Shown piece after piece: positions 11,724 through 25,600 of a stretch of DNA of 64,000 nt (its first letter is position 1; each line of letters starts with the position of its first letter). The notes under the pieces are model-generated. The model was not told the origin of the DNA. It saw nothing but the letters and a program-made list of their open reading frames with translations, and did no database searches. The stretch is taken from positions 5,270,001 through 5,334,000 of the forward strand of contig JAYWIR010000003.1 in assembly GCA_036172245.1 (NCBI GenBank), read 5' to 3'. Source of the DNA: Raillietiella orientalis. Lineage: Eukaryota. Made by a program: the position numbers and the translations under genes.

Positions 11724-14700
11724 GTGGGCGCCACCGCCGCCGTCGCCGAAAAGGACGTCGTCGTCACGACGCGGGTCTCTCCCTCACGTGCACCGCCTCG
11801 CCTCCGGCAGCCGTGGGGACGCCATTCCAGATCGAACCTACAAAAGGAGAGAAGGATGCTTCCGAGCGGCCTGCCGCCCCTCCCTCGCTCCATCTCTCCC
11901 TCCTCTGCTTCTCCTCGAGGATGGGGTCACGCCCGGGAGAGGGAGACTGCACGCTCCCCCCGCTGCAGTTTCCGGCCACTGACGCGAGAGAGCGCGCGCT
12001 CCTCTCCCGGCGCGCGCTTTCGACCGACGACGCCGTCCTCAGGCACGCCGTGAAGGGGGAGAAAAAGGAAAACAAAAAGGAAGGGGGAGGAAGGGGTGGA
12101 GTAGCCCCGAGGGACGCTGGACGCCCCGCTGCCCCGCGGGGGCGGCAGCAGCGACGCTGCACCGCCCGCCGGGCGGAGCGGCGGCGGCGCGAAACCCAGT
12201 CCTTTCTTGCTGCCCTTCGGGGCGGAGTCCCGTGGGGGAGGGGGAGGGAAGGGGGAGACGGGAGAGCTCTCGGGGTGCTGTGTCCACTCGGGAAGAAGCG
12301 AGCGACTTCTACGGGAACCGGAGAAGGATGAGGAGGGCAAGGCGAGGAGGGACGAGGGTGTGCGCGCCCCTGCTTCGACTCGCCCTCCCCGTTTCCGGTT
12401 CGTTCGAGGGCGCCGTCTCTGCACCAGCCCCGGCAGCGGGAAAAGGGGCTCGCGAGGGGAGGCGAGCTCTTTCCCGCCTCACCGGGCTTCCCAACGAACG
12501 CGCACAATGGAGGCCCGGGGAGGGAGGGAAGAAAGGAGGGAAGAGCATCCGACATTGCCGGAGGCCAGGCGACGACGGAACTGTTTCCCTCGTCGCTAGG
12601 CGACCCGAAGACTGATGAGCATCCCCGAGAGCGAAACTCGAGCGTGGGTAATTACGGCAGTGACTGGCGTGCGGGGGCGGGGGAAAGCGCTCGCGCGGGA
12701 GTAGCGGCGGCGGAGGCGGTGCGCGCGCAACGGTCGCGGGCGGGACGCCGCCACCTCCCAAAGCGTCTCCCCTCATTATCGCCCGGACTGAGGAGGGCCT
12801 GGAAGGAGGGAGGGGAAAAGGGGGCGACGCTTGCAGGGGAAGGGGACTCTAGAGAAGATGCGCGCAGAAAACGACCTGCTCCTCCCTCCCATCCTTGCTG
12901 CAACACACGCCGGGAACAATCGAATGGGGTAGATGGGGACGGAGGATTGAGATGGTGGTGGCGATGGTGAGGAAGGGGGGGGATAAACAGCAACACGACC
13001 TTCTTAACCCTACTGCGGTTGCACCCTCCTTGCCTTCCCCTTATCCCTTCCCTCGTCTGCGGCCAGGAACACCGCAGGAGAAAAGGGAGCGACAGGTCTG
13101 GAGGCGCTTCGACGAACGCCGAGCACGCGCGCGCGAAAGCAGTCCCGGGGAGTCCCGGCGGAAAGGGATGCGGCGACCCGACAAGGGGTGGGGGGGGGAG
13201 GGGATGGAAAAGGGGCACGTGAGTGCGGATCGAAACGGGCAGCCGACGATGCGAGGTTCCTCCTCCGAGAAGCGCTCGCCCCTCGGAGCTTCTCGCTTTC
13301 GGAGCGAGGGTGCTCGCTGGTGGCGCTCACCCCTCGGCGCGCGCCCTCAGGATGCTGCTGCTGCACTCCACCTCGGGGAAGGCGAGAGGTGCCGAAGAGG
13401 AAGCATTCCGCCTGCAGCCGCCGCAGGGCGAGCGCGACGGTTTCTCAGGGAGGCACAGGGAGCGGAGTGGAAAGGAGGGTTGCCGAGCGACTGCCCGCTC
13501 CGACTGCTGGGCGTTCCCCGGGAGCTTCCTTTTCGGTGCTCACCCTCGCTGGAAACCCTGGGGCAGCAAACCCCGGAGTTTCCAGGGATACCCTCACAAA
13601 AGGGTGTCCAGGAGGTTCATGGCGCATCGCGTGGAAAGGGGGTAGGGGTGGAATTCACCCCCTCCCCCTTCGCAATGCGGACCACCCCATGCTTAAAGAT
13701 CCCCCGCGACTCTCCGAGGAAGGCATCAGGACACATCCGCGGGTGACCTCTCGGGAAACTCTGAAGACAGGGGATTCCCTCCAAAATCGTCCCGAAGTCG
13801 GCGGGTCAGTCCAGCCAAGCAGGGGCGCCAACAGCTCAAGAGGAACACATCCCACCATAAGAACGCCACTGACAACAATGGCGGCAAAAGGCACGTGAAA
13901 AGAGACGAAGAAGAAGGGCAGCAGGAATGGCAACGATGAGGATGGTGACGACAGTACACTGGCAGCACCCTAGAAGAGCCTCCAGGGTACTTCGGGCACT
14001 CCGAAAGTGCGCACCCTTTCGTGCAGCCTGAGGGTCCAGCTGATGATTGCGAACGAAAGTCTCTAAGGTGCGACCGGTCGGAAACTCGCCGCAGGGTTTC
14101 TTTTGGCAGCCGTGCAATCCGGACCTCCGGACAGAGACCCCTCCCCTCCTTCCACAGGGCTGGCTAGGAGGAAGGAGGGGTGTTCGCGGACTCTTCTTCT
14201 CCGGGCGTTCCTCCCCCGGCTAAACCCGCTTTTTTTTTTTTCTCCTTTTTCGTCCCATTTTCCTCCCCCCTTCCCTCTTCCCACAGGAAGCAGCCGTCCC
14301 TGCCGCCGCCGCGCGCCACCCGAAAACGGGACGCGTCGCTACTCACCGCCTGGAGCGTGAAATTTCATCCGCGCGACGCGTCTCTTCCGAAAAGGCTCCA
14401 GGAGGCAGCTTGAGAGTGGCCGCCGGCTGCCGCGGCGCGCCTCCTGGAAGAGAAGCGGCGAAGCGACACCCGGCTGCCCTTCGTTCCTCGGGTGGCGCGC
14501 CACGGCCAGGAGCAACGGGAAAGGTCAAGCAAATCCACGCCATCGTCGCTCCAAGGAAGATGCGAGTGGCACCGAGCTCTGCTTCCTCCCCCTCCCCCCT
14601 TCTTTTCCGTTCCGTCCGCAACACCCCCGCCCGCCTCGGACGGGGGGCGGACGCACAAGATGAGGGGGGGGGGGTGAGCTGTGAGGACGACTCGTGCCTC

Positions 14701-15176
14701 CTCCGCTGCCACATCTCAGCAGCAGAGCAGGGTAACCCGCAGGAGCGAACCCGGACGGATTCTACGCGAGGAGAGCGGTTGGCTCACTTCCGGGAGAGGA
14801 AAGAACCCAAAGAAAAGGAAACGAAAAGAAACCACGTGCGTGTCCTTCGGCAGGTTGCTGCTGCCTCAAAGGGGGAGAGGAGGCTTCGCCCTTGGAAGCT
14901 TTCAGTGCCACTTGAGAGGCGGGCAGGTGGATGGCGGAAGAAGTCGGTCGCACTCCTCAAGCGACGGGATCTTCCGCTATCAGGGGGGAGGGAGAGGGAC
15001 CACCCTTTTTCTCTGCGCAGGATACCGAAAGACGACGAAGCATCCCTTTACAGCTTCCAGGATCGCAATCCAACCTCATCTCATCGCCTCTCCGATCAAT
15101 CTGCGGAGGGTTGAGGCGAACGTTTGAGCGCGCTGCGGACCGCGGCAGCAGCAATGGGTAAACGTACTTGCTCCAA

Positions 15177-15214
15177 GCAGCAGCAGCACCACCACCACCA
15201 CCACCACCACCACC
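15177..15214. repeat. (CAG)n(CAC)n trinucleotide microsatellite
   Basis: gcagcagcagcaccaccaccaccaccaccaccaccac seen directly. Confidence 0.85.
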
Positions 15215-16287
15215 ACACCTGCTTTGGGGACGTCGGAAGGAGGACGCTCTCGCAAAAAACAGGTGTTTCGGGAAAGGCGCTCGAGGCGTCCGGCTGAGAG
15301 AGTTTCGGCAACACCTGCGCGCACGAGCAAGTGGGGTGGGAAAGAAGGGGATATTCGAGGGGCAATGGCTCGCCCCAATCGACAGCCCCTCCCTCTCCTG
15401 CTTCTTCGCATCCCTCTCAAAACAACAACAACAAAATCGAACCATAGATCCGGGATGGATGCGCTTCTCTTGGACGTGTGGACCGTTGCTCCTCCGCAGC
15501 CGCAGAAACCACCTCGACGGTAGATGGCGCGACCTGGAGACGGAAAACAAACATACAAACAAGAAAAGAGCAAACAGACAAAGAAAGTGCCTGTCCCCTG
15601 TCCCCATCCTGCTCTCCCCCCAGCCCGAGTTTTCCAGTCCTCAGGGAAGCGAATCCCCTCGAGCAGATGGACGGCTGGGGATCGCCTCCGGAGTTGGCGG
15701 TCGCCTTCCTTCTCCTCTCGCCCGTTCCTCGGCGAACGTGGGGAGCGCGCATCCGCCCTTCCCTCTCCTCGCACGTGATCCGCGTCCTTCCCCACGCATC
15801 GGAATACCCACCCGCTCGCCCAATCACTGCCTTTCCACCCTTGCCGGCCCGCGCTCCTCTTCCGCTGGCTCCGCGGCTGGCGCTGATGCCCGTTCGTGCC
15901 ATGCCAGCCACAAACTCTTCCAGAATCGACGCGACGGAGGCACGGGCTCGGGCCCCTCCGAGGGTGCCCTTGCCCAGTGCGTCGTCGCCACGTGATGCAA
16001 CGAAACGTAGCCAACTGAAATCTCGATAATGATCGCGAAAGCGCCTCGGCAACGCAACCGCTCCTTCGCGTGCAGCAGCTACAAGCGATCGATCATTTAT
16101 TAATAGTAGCACGGAATCAATAAGAATTTTTTTCTTTTTCTGCTTTTTGCATCTGATGGGGGGGGGGGAGGAAGGAAGGAAGAAAATCCCCCTGGTTGCA
16201 CTTTCGAGACGCGTGCAGCTGCTCGCGAATCGTGTCGCGAAGGTCCGTCGACAACTCGCAGCAGACTGCGGCACCACCGTCTTCAAT

Positions 16288-16361
<74 letters not shown>

Positions 16362-16371
16362 GCGCGCGCGC
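16288..16371. repeat. Compound microsatellite (CT)n(CA)n(CG)n
   Basis: CT run, then CA run, then about 12 CG units, all contiguous. Confidence 0.95.
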
Positions 16372-19300
16372 ACCGAGCCCGAGCGATCACATGGCCGACC
16401 CCGCCTTTCGAAAGGGGAGTTACGTAACATCCCTGCCGCTTGTTCGGCAAATCACACATGGACGATTGTGTGCTAATCATCTAATGACATGCATCTGTTG
16501 GAATTCTTCAGCGGCAGTTAATTACAGAGGCGTCTCTGGGAAGGGCCCGAGCAAAAAAGGGTGCCTTTGTTTGCGAATACCCGTGCTCGCACGCCACAAA
16601 TAGAAATTTACTGCAATGGATGTCCGGCGCCACTGCTGTAAATATGTTTGTGCCAAACACTGGCGCGCCCACGCCGCAGCCAATCCAAGCGCGGCCTCGC
16701 GCGCACCGTTCGCGACCTGTCTGCGGCCGATGCGCACCGACCGGTGGGCGTTGAAATGATCCTGGACACGGTGAGTCGCGGCCTGCTGAAAAACTGGTGC
16801 CCGGCTGAAGGCCGCGAGGAAGAGGCTGCGACTTTGCGGGCCGAGCCGGTCTCGTTTCCTTGATTTGATCCGGAGCCACTCTCTCTCCCGGGCGTGTGCC
16901 CGTTGCTACGAAACGCACCCTTCTCACGAAGCGCCATCCGTATTTGAATCAGGCCCCGGTCTCCGCGTGCTGCCATCTATTCATCCACGCAAGTCGCGGA
17001 ACGGCCTTAGATGTGTAACGTGACACCTCCTGGGACGAGCACATGCACGAGGGAGAGAAAATCGAGATCAATTCTCTCAGGGCTCCTCAGACAGATAGAG
17101 TCCCGAAGACTGGCGAAGAAAAACGATCCCGCGCTTTCCGTGTACCCATCCCGATTCTCGATGCTAACAAATTGACAGGTTCTGAGTGGCTGAGAAAGTG
17201 CTCAGGCAGTTGGGGTGACGTTTGTTTCGCGACGCAACACTTAGCTACAGCTGATGGAGAGATGCTCTGCATCGACTCCCACCGCTGCTAGCATCGCTTG
17301 CCTGCGTGCGCGAGGTTACGCAACTCAATCTCAGTCCGACCTCCATAACTTAACAGCTTCTTTCGATGCTGATCTGTCACAAGCTGTGGGCTGGTTCGTG
17401 CCGTCTTGCACACGAGCAGTTTCTGGATACGGAAATGACGAATCGAAGCATTCCTGCTGCAGAAGTTGCTGGAATCCTTTCAAAAGAGGCCGAGGAGTTG
17501 GAGCGAACGCCTCTCGGGAGACCGGCACCAACATTCCTGCTGGAGGAAAAAGTGAAACCTCCATCTTTCGACACCGCCGGTATCCGAAGATGGCCCTCGC
17601 GCGTCGATGCGAAGGCTAGGGATTTGGGGCAAGAAGAAGACAAGGAGAAGCACGGATGATGCCCTCTTCTCGCCGCACAGAATGCGCGGGAATGGTGGAG
17701 CCGGCGGCGCTTAACGATGCTGGAACAATTCCCCACGAAAGCGCCAGCAAGAAGACATCCAATGTCCAGGCCACTGCGTTCTTGCCGTTGCAGAACCAGC
17801 GGCCTGGACATTAGAGAAAGGAGCCATTGGAAGCTGGGCGCGAAACCATCAAGAAAACGAGGAAACGGTGCTGAGGCATCGACGTGCTTCGTGGAACCAA
17901 CGCACGCTTTCCTGAAGAGATAACGCTAGCGGAGGCTCCGAAACTCCTGCCCTGGGTCGCTGAGAGAAAAAAAAAAAAAAAATTTCTGCGGACATCGGCG
18001 CGATGCTGAGGCTTCACGAGTCACGGAACTCCGTCGCTCACTTCGGCGTTCCGCACGGAAGCAGCAGGAGAGGTGAATCAACGAGAGATCCCTCCCGATG
18101 AACAACAACAGCTTCCAAGCTCATCGGGAAGGGTGATGGCATCCCGGCCGAGGAACCAAGAGATGCAGAGGAAGAACTGCCAGCTAAGGCGACCGACAGG
18201 CAATGGATAGATAAGTGAATGGGGTGGGAGAACGAGCCGGACGTCACGGACGCGAAGAAGAGTAACGAGCACACGAGAGCGTAACCACGGCTACGCAGCT
18301 GCCTTCGAGCGGCGTGGGCGCACGCGCACGCAGCAAACGCCGTTTCGGGAAAGACTCCGTCGCAGGCTGAACGCGCAAAAACCATTCCCATTTCCTTCCG
18401 CGCGGTTGCGGGTGAGAGTTTTCGATCTCGCCTTCGACGGAAGGAGAAGAACCAAACGCACTTTGCCAATCCCTTTCCGCAGCTTCTTTCCAGAGCGGTC
18501 GCTCGGCAGCTCGGAGAGTAGCACTCGGAGACCGAGACCGAAGTGGATGTCCTGCATCCATCCTTGATAAGCTCATCTGCGACACACGGACGTATCCGCC
18601 GACGGAGATGAACGCGAAGAGCACGAGTGCGTGCAAGCATTGCATTTCATCACGTCTCTCCCGCCTGCTCCCTCCTTTGCCGCTGCTCGATCTCGTTTCT
18701 CATCCCGAGTACTGATAACTGGATGAGACAGTGCTTCTTCCGCTTGATGAAGTCTCATCGATTTCTCATTCGTGCTTAATATGTTGATCGAGGAGGAGTT
18801 CGCCCGGGCGTTCGTCAGCGGAATTCTGGGGTGCACTCCGGAGGTGCGCAGGAAACGGACGAGAAACGGAAGGAAAACCAGACAAGAACCACGAAAGTGG
18901 TACTTTCTCTCACGTGTATGTTTTTTTTTTTTTGCACCCCCACCCCCCCAGGTGCGTGGTGTTCATAACAGGTCATTATGGTCTGCGGTGGAAACCCTTC
19001 TGGTTTCTTCTGTTTTCGCTATTTTCCTTCGAGATTTTCTTTTTTCGGAGCCCCTCGCCCTGGTTGTTCCCGAAAGGAACCCCTAAGGGCTCCTTGATTC
19101 CGGGAAGGATTCCAGAGGTTCCACTTGCAATCCCGACCAGTCGACCGGGCATGGGCATTCGGTTTCCAGCTTTCCACCAGTGCCGCACCTGGAGCCTATC
19201 GACAAACCAGCGTATCCTGCTGTGGGGAACTGGAAACCCAGGACGCACCCATTTCCCGCCGTCGACCCTTCCCCGGAGGGGCATTCGAGCTCGCAACCCT

Positions 19301-22300
19301 TGGTACCACCCGCGGAGACCGCGGCGCGGGCGCAGTTGCGCAGAATCGTCCTCGTGTTTGCATTTTGCACTTCATTTGGTCTTGTGGCTCACGGTTCGAC
19401 CCGACCCCTCCAGTTCACCTCTGGTGTTGCGGCAGCTCTGCTTGCGGACTCTCTTGAAAAAATGAAACACCAGCTAACGCCTACTTTTCCGCGAGCTCAC
19501 CTGACACTTGGGCGTTGCCCTGCACGGGGCCAAGATGGAGGGGGTAGGGGTGGCATTTTTCGTTACCCGAGTTTTTCCGCACAATTTCGCCTCGTGCGGC
19601 CAAAGCGGGAAAATTCCACAGTGGGCTCCGTTCGAGCCAGGGCCCTGGCTGCCTTTTGTCTTGCCCTCTCTCAAGCCGCACTGAAGTTCACGTAAAGCTT
19701 CATAGAATGTGTCGAAGGGAGCCCCAGCGACCGCTCGTTGTGACTTATTGCGGATTCGTATTCAGGAGAAGAACGAGGACAGAGACTCCATCTTTCTTCC
19801 GTTCCGGAGATGCATTACTGCTCGGTCATGATCACAGAAATCATGCCAGAGATCATTACAGGAGTCATGATTCTTTTATAATAACAGGGTCGCAACATTC
19901 TGTAATGGCTGCAAACAGTGATGGCGGACATCAAACCAAAGCCGTGGTGAGATACAAGCGATGCCTTTGCGTGCTTTCCGGTGTTTTCTCAAACGGGCGC
20001 ACCCGAAGCTCCGGCACGAAAAAGGGAAAGAAACGGCGACGGAACCGGGAAAAGTTCCCTGCGAGGGAAGCTGCGATCTTCCTTGCAGCCGTAGCGGATG
20101 AGCACGGACGAGACGACACTACCACTACCGGCGAGATGGGGCAACGGTTTGCACAGCGCCCCCATTCCTCCGAAAGTAATTTGATGAGCGCTGGCACGGA
20201 AAACATTTCCTTTTTTCTGCGCTCCGATCCGAGTCGCCGAAAGCGAAAAGCCAACGTCCGTAATCCTATTTTTCCCATCCCGTCGGATGGGCATCTTGGG
20301 ATAACCGCCGACCCCACGACGGACACACAAAGGAAAACGCGGGCCCGAAGAAAAATGCTGTTTACTTGGAAGCTGGTCTCACTGGGGGGATCCCACTCGC
20401 TTATTATGTGTTGATGGCTCGGTGTGGCTGAGTGTACGAACACAAATACCGATAACTAGCCCAGCTTCCGTTTCGAAAAACGAGAACTCTTGTCGGTAGG
20501 AGAGAGTTACTGCTCTTGGACAGGAACTGCGGGCTCCTGTGGAACGGAAGAGATGAAATTTGACGAGATCAACCGACCCCGCTTGGGATCTGTGCGCGAC
20601 AGTACACACGCAGGACAACGAAAGTAACGACGAGGACAGTTCACGGGAGCTGCTGATCAATAGGAGAGGGAAAACGGATTTCGTTGCGCAGTTAAGCGAG
20701 GACGGAAACGCGCCTCCTCCGAGTGAGCTGGCAACACTGCCCCACTGTTACAGTGAACGTGACCTTGAGTCTCTCGGGTCGGGCCGGTCTCGGCACTTGC
20801 GGCCGTCGGTGGGTGCAGCGCCAACGGCTCAGGGCGAGGGGAGCAGAGGGGCTCGGCGGTGGGCAAAACTCGACTCGCTTTGAGCCGGCGCTTTGAGGCG
20901 TTCTTGAGCAGAAGCGGTGACCAAGTGACCTTTCGGTGGTGGAAGTCGGGCAGCGCGACGCGTGACGAGGAGCACCTGCGGATCCGTGATCACGATGGAA
21001 CCCGCAAGTCTTTTCCAGACCACTGGTGCCTTTTGTCTGGGCGGGGACCCAAGCCGCAGGCTCGCGTCGGCATCACGCTCTAAGGAATTCCGTTTCGATT
21101 TCAGGGAACCAAATCTGGAATAAGCAGCGCACGGGAGAATTTACCGTACGCGGTGCCATACGATGTACGGCGAATTCTTTCGGGAGCCGCATCCTTTTGC
21201 TTGCCGTTCCCGGGGAAGTGCCTTCCCGAAAGGATGGTCTTTTCCTTCGTCCAGGAGCCGTAAAGGCCGTATCGGCGGGGAACTGAGCCGCTAGTAACGT
21301 TGTGCATCACTTGCCTCAGCTGCGCGCGTACAACGGAGTGACAAATGTGCCTCATCCCAAGGAAGGGTGTTTTCAAAAACAACACATCAGATTTGATAGA
21401 TGAGCGCGTGTGCCAACCGACCACGGAAGACTGGTTCTCGTTATTCGTTGGCGAGTCCTCAAGCACGACCTTACGAAGTGAGATCGAAAGGAAATCGGGA
21501 CTTACGCGACGGAGTTTTTCCTCCTCCCGAATATAAATAAACACGGGGAACAAATGAGGGTTTTCAAAAGTTCTTGCAGACGCCCCCTTCCCAGAACTTT
21601 CATGCTGTTCGATAAAAAAACAAAAAACCAAACGCACCCATCCGCGCGGAGCTAAAGCGGGAGAAATGGGGATCAAAACACTCCCTCCGTGGGAATTAAG
21701 GGCAAGAAAGGATTCAATGAAACGGGAGCTTGAGATCAGTTTCCGTACAAAGGAATCGGGATGCGATCCGTGGTAACCTCGAACACAATTAAAGGAGCTA
21801 ACGGGTAATGATGGGAGGACAAAGTGAATTACCTCTGGAAATCCAAGCGGAAACTGCGACATAGTGGTTCGCTGTTCGCATCTTATCTGAAACACGCAAC
21901 AAGACCTGTTTCTGCGAACCCATTTCCGAGGTAACGGAACCAAAATGGCACCTCTCTCACCCAGAGGATCACCGGGAGCAAATTCCCCTTTTCCCCTAGG
22001 GCGAATCCCTCACGCTAAATAGCAATGTAATGCAGTGCATTTCCAGCCCACGGGCACCTGTTGCTTTCCTTTTTCACTCTTCCTGCACGGTGCTCTCGAG
22101 ACTCACTCGATCCGCACCGAGTCGAGGAGCTCCGATGGATTGGTTCCCCTTTGGCGTTCCCTCTTGCTGCTGCCTCTTTGAAGAATGCCCGCGAGCCCCG
22201 TTTGGCCCGGGCGAGGGTTCGGATTCCGTGAGAAAGAAGGGCAGAGAGCGGTCGAAAGCACCTGCCCCATGGTCCAGAAATTTGCCCGGAACAATTCGGA

Positions 22301-24156
22301 AACACCGCGCAAACGGACTACAGATCCTCCTCTCTGGTTGCATCCAGACACGCCTTCCCGACAGACTCACTAACAAGCCTAGCAGGCGTCGGTCGGTACC
22401 CCATGCCCCATTCCGGGCTCCCGTCATTCGTTCCCGGCAAGTTCCTCGGCTTTGATGCAAGCACGTCACCTATTTGTACCTTCATTGGCCAAGGTGTCAG
22501 GTACAAATGTGTACGAACTTTGTGCACGAACTTCGCTGATTCCTGTGCACCTATTAATTACAAATCGTGGAGTTTAATTGCTTTCCTCGACGCGCGTCCC
22601 CTTCTATAATGAACGGTCCACGTCCGAAACGACAGTGGAGTAAAAAATATCTCTTAATCTCGAACGCAGAGCTGTCAGGGAGGGAAAAGAGAGCAATCCT
22701 GCTCTCTGGATCATTGTGCTCCTTGAAGCCTCAGACGGCAAACTCCATCATAATTTTTATGGAATTCGTCCAATTCTTTTCCCGGTCTTTTGGTCTTTTA
22801 TTGGACTGCAGGAATTTCCACTCTGGAAGTGTGTTGATTGCAGCCGATGTTCTTCACACGTGATAACCCCTTTCTTTCCTTCTTTTCTTTTCCTTTTAAT
22901 GAAAAACACGAAAAGCTCTATTCCCTTGGTCGCTTTTGCCGCCTACTGGGAGAAACACTTTCGGAGCTTTTTCGGGAATCGGCGGCGTGAGGGCATCGAC
23001 GGCTGCTCTCAGATGAACGTACGAAGTGTGCTATGCAAACACGCAACACTCAGGGTCACTTTCGGCGCTCGTAAGCCCACACTGCATTACGCACGGAATC
23101 TCCAAACCCGGCATTTCCCGGTGACGCGGAGGAATTGCATTAACCTTTAAATCCGAGGCTCGGCCGGAATGCGTAGGCAAAACACACGGATTCCAGGAAC
23201 ACTTCTCTGCTAGAAACGATTGTGAGTATTGCCAGAAACTTCAAGAACCGTAAGTTTATGAAGATCGAGAGGTAGGTGTTTCGCCCATGTCATTGTTCCC
23301 CGTGATCTCACGTCGTCTGCCTCCGAAACCAGTTTCCACTGAGGATGCCTTGGCAACGTCTTTCTGAAGCGGTTTTGGAAACGTGATCGCATCGAAGAGC
23401 CTTAAGAGCATCGCACCCTCTTTCCCCTGGATAGTAGGTGTTCTTCCCTTGTATTGGTCGCCATCCCACTACCATCCCGAGGAGGTTTTTTGCCATCAAA
23501 ACATTCAGAGATCACTGCAGTGTCCTTTGACCAGCACCGGTTCCTATCGACTTCTTTTGTTATTTCAAGTTTAAGAATTCGAATCCACTTTGGTATTTAA
23601 AGCTTTAATTACGGAGCTGTCCTTCAGACAGACACTAAAAGCCTCAGACAAAGGGCACCTACTCCAGCAGTGATAAGATAAGACCGCAGAAGGAAACCTG
23701 CTCGATCCCAGACTGTTTTTGAAATCCTGTATTGATCCGCTGCAGGTTAGCTAACCAACAGAACGAAAATGGCCTCCTTAATCACCTTGGTAGCGCAACA
23801 AGGAGGAAGGATACTCTCTTCCACGCGAGCTGCCCCATCCAGGAGCCTGGCATCAGTCTGCTTTCTGGACAGAGGCTGCCCGACGCTCGTTCACGCTCTG
23901 CAAGGACTGAGAAGGCCATCGAAGTGTGCAATGAACACGTAAAGCCTTTCAATGAACGCAACCCTGCCGCGGCCGTTTCGGGATCGGGGAGAAAGCCCGA
24001 GGAGCAGGATGAGAAGATACATGAGGCCACGCTGATTAGAGAGGATTTCAGGGCTGCTCATTCACGTCCCAAAGGAAAATCACCTTTGCAGGGCTCCGTT
24101 CCCTGCGAAGCGCTTTCACCTGAAGCATCGGCAATACGTGGAAACAAAGGGATACG

Positions 24157-24196
24157 AACACACACACACACACACACGCGCACATATACACATATC
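24157..24196. repeat. (CA)n microsatellite with degenerate tail
   Basis: acacacacacacacacacacgcgcacatatacacatat seen directly. Confidence 0.8.
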
Positions 24197-25164
24197 TGGA
24201 AAGAATTAGACCGCACGCAGGAGATGAGCTGAATTTTGAAACCAGTCTGGGAGCGACGTGAAATGAGTCGTTGCTAAGAGGCACATCGATCTAACGAAGC
24301 GCGGCAAGGAGCACATCCTCAAGTCAGTGGCACGAAACTGACCACACCCTTCTACGGACTCTCCCCGACCGGGAGGCGGCACAATGCGACGCCAAGGCAC
24401 GGGGGCCGCATGCGTACGAGGGGCCGCCTCCCTCAAGAGAAGAACGAACGGCTCGAAAGTGGCACAGCACGGTCTTTCGCTGTCGGGTCCGCGGAGGAGA
24501 AGAGAATTCTGGATACCTGGATTAGCGGCTCGCTGTCAAGCGCACTCGGTCGAATTCGGTTCGGGTGGCGTCAAGGTCCCCCTTCCGGATTACCGACGAC
24601 ACGAAAGCGTCACCGGAAGTGCCCCATCCGCAAAGAAGCATTTCTTAGCGGGTTCGATTTGCGAGGCTGCTGCTGGCACCACCCCTGTTCCTTCGGCAGG
24701 CAGGAGTCTCGAACCCGCGATTTTCTGCTTCACACGAGCGCTAGATGCCTTGACGGGAAAGCCGCCAAAGGCTTTGGGGCCAACCGGGGCGGAACGCAAT
24801 CATCAACCGGGCGAGCGGAGTTGCGTGAAAACTCGGCAAAGAAGAGAGAGACGTCATTTTTCCATGCATTCCCACACATGACAACTGTTTGGGATTGGGC
24901 GCTTCGTTCCAACACACTTAGAGGATCATAAAATAGAAACCCCACTCCAAGGAACGCTCGAATCTTCGATAGGCGTGAAGAACACCGCAAGAAGATTTTT
25001 ACTGACCTCCCTGGCTACAAGGTCCAGCAACGCCGATCTGATAGCGGAGCCATAAAATCTAGCCAAGTTGATAGTGCAGTCGTAAAACCCAAGACAGATT
25101 TGAGATCAATTTCCCTTAAAAGCTCATCAGAACTTTTACCATTCCCTTTTCCTCAGTCCATCCC

Positions 25165-25600
25165 CGTACATGTGAACTGTACATGCATGCGAAGGCATGT
25201 TTCCCAAAATGTACGTTGACCCACGTACTGCATAAATGCGCGCATGCGTATGTAGACACATCTATCAACCTATAGATGCTTGTCTGTCCACCCACCTGTA
25301 TGTATGCGAGTCAGTCTATCTTTCTATCTGTGTCTATCTGTGCATCTACAGATAAGTTCATCTACCTGTCCATCTACACACTTATGCAAATGCTTGTGTT
25401 TACATCCGTTATCTATTCACTGTTCACAAACTGACGCCGAACTACCTGTTCTTATACCGACCTATTATCTATTTACACATCGCTGCCTATTTTTCTGACT
25501 GTTTCTGCATCTGCTCCTGTACTCCTGCATTTACATACATTACATATGTACGCGTATAGAGAGGACATCCGTGCATGAGCATACAAACACACAAACATGC
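25165..25600. repeat. Degenerate low-complexity tract (TATC/TGTC/TACA-type microsatellite remnants)
   Basis: Recurrent tatc, tgtc, taca and catg words with a local drop in GC content; no coding signal. Confidence 0.55.
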
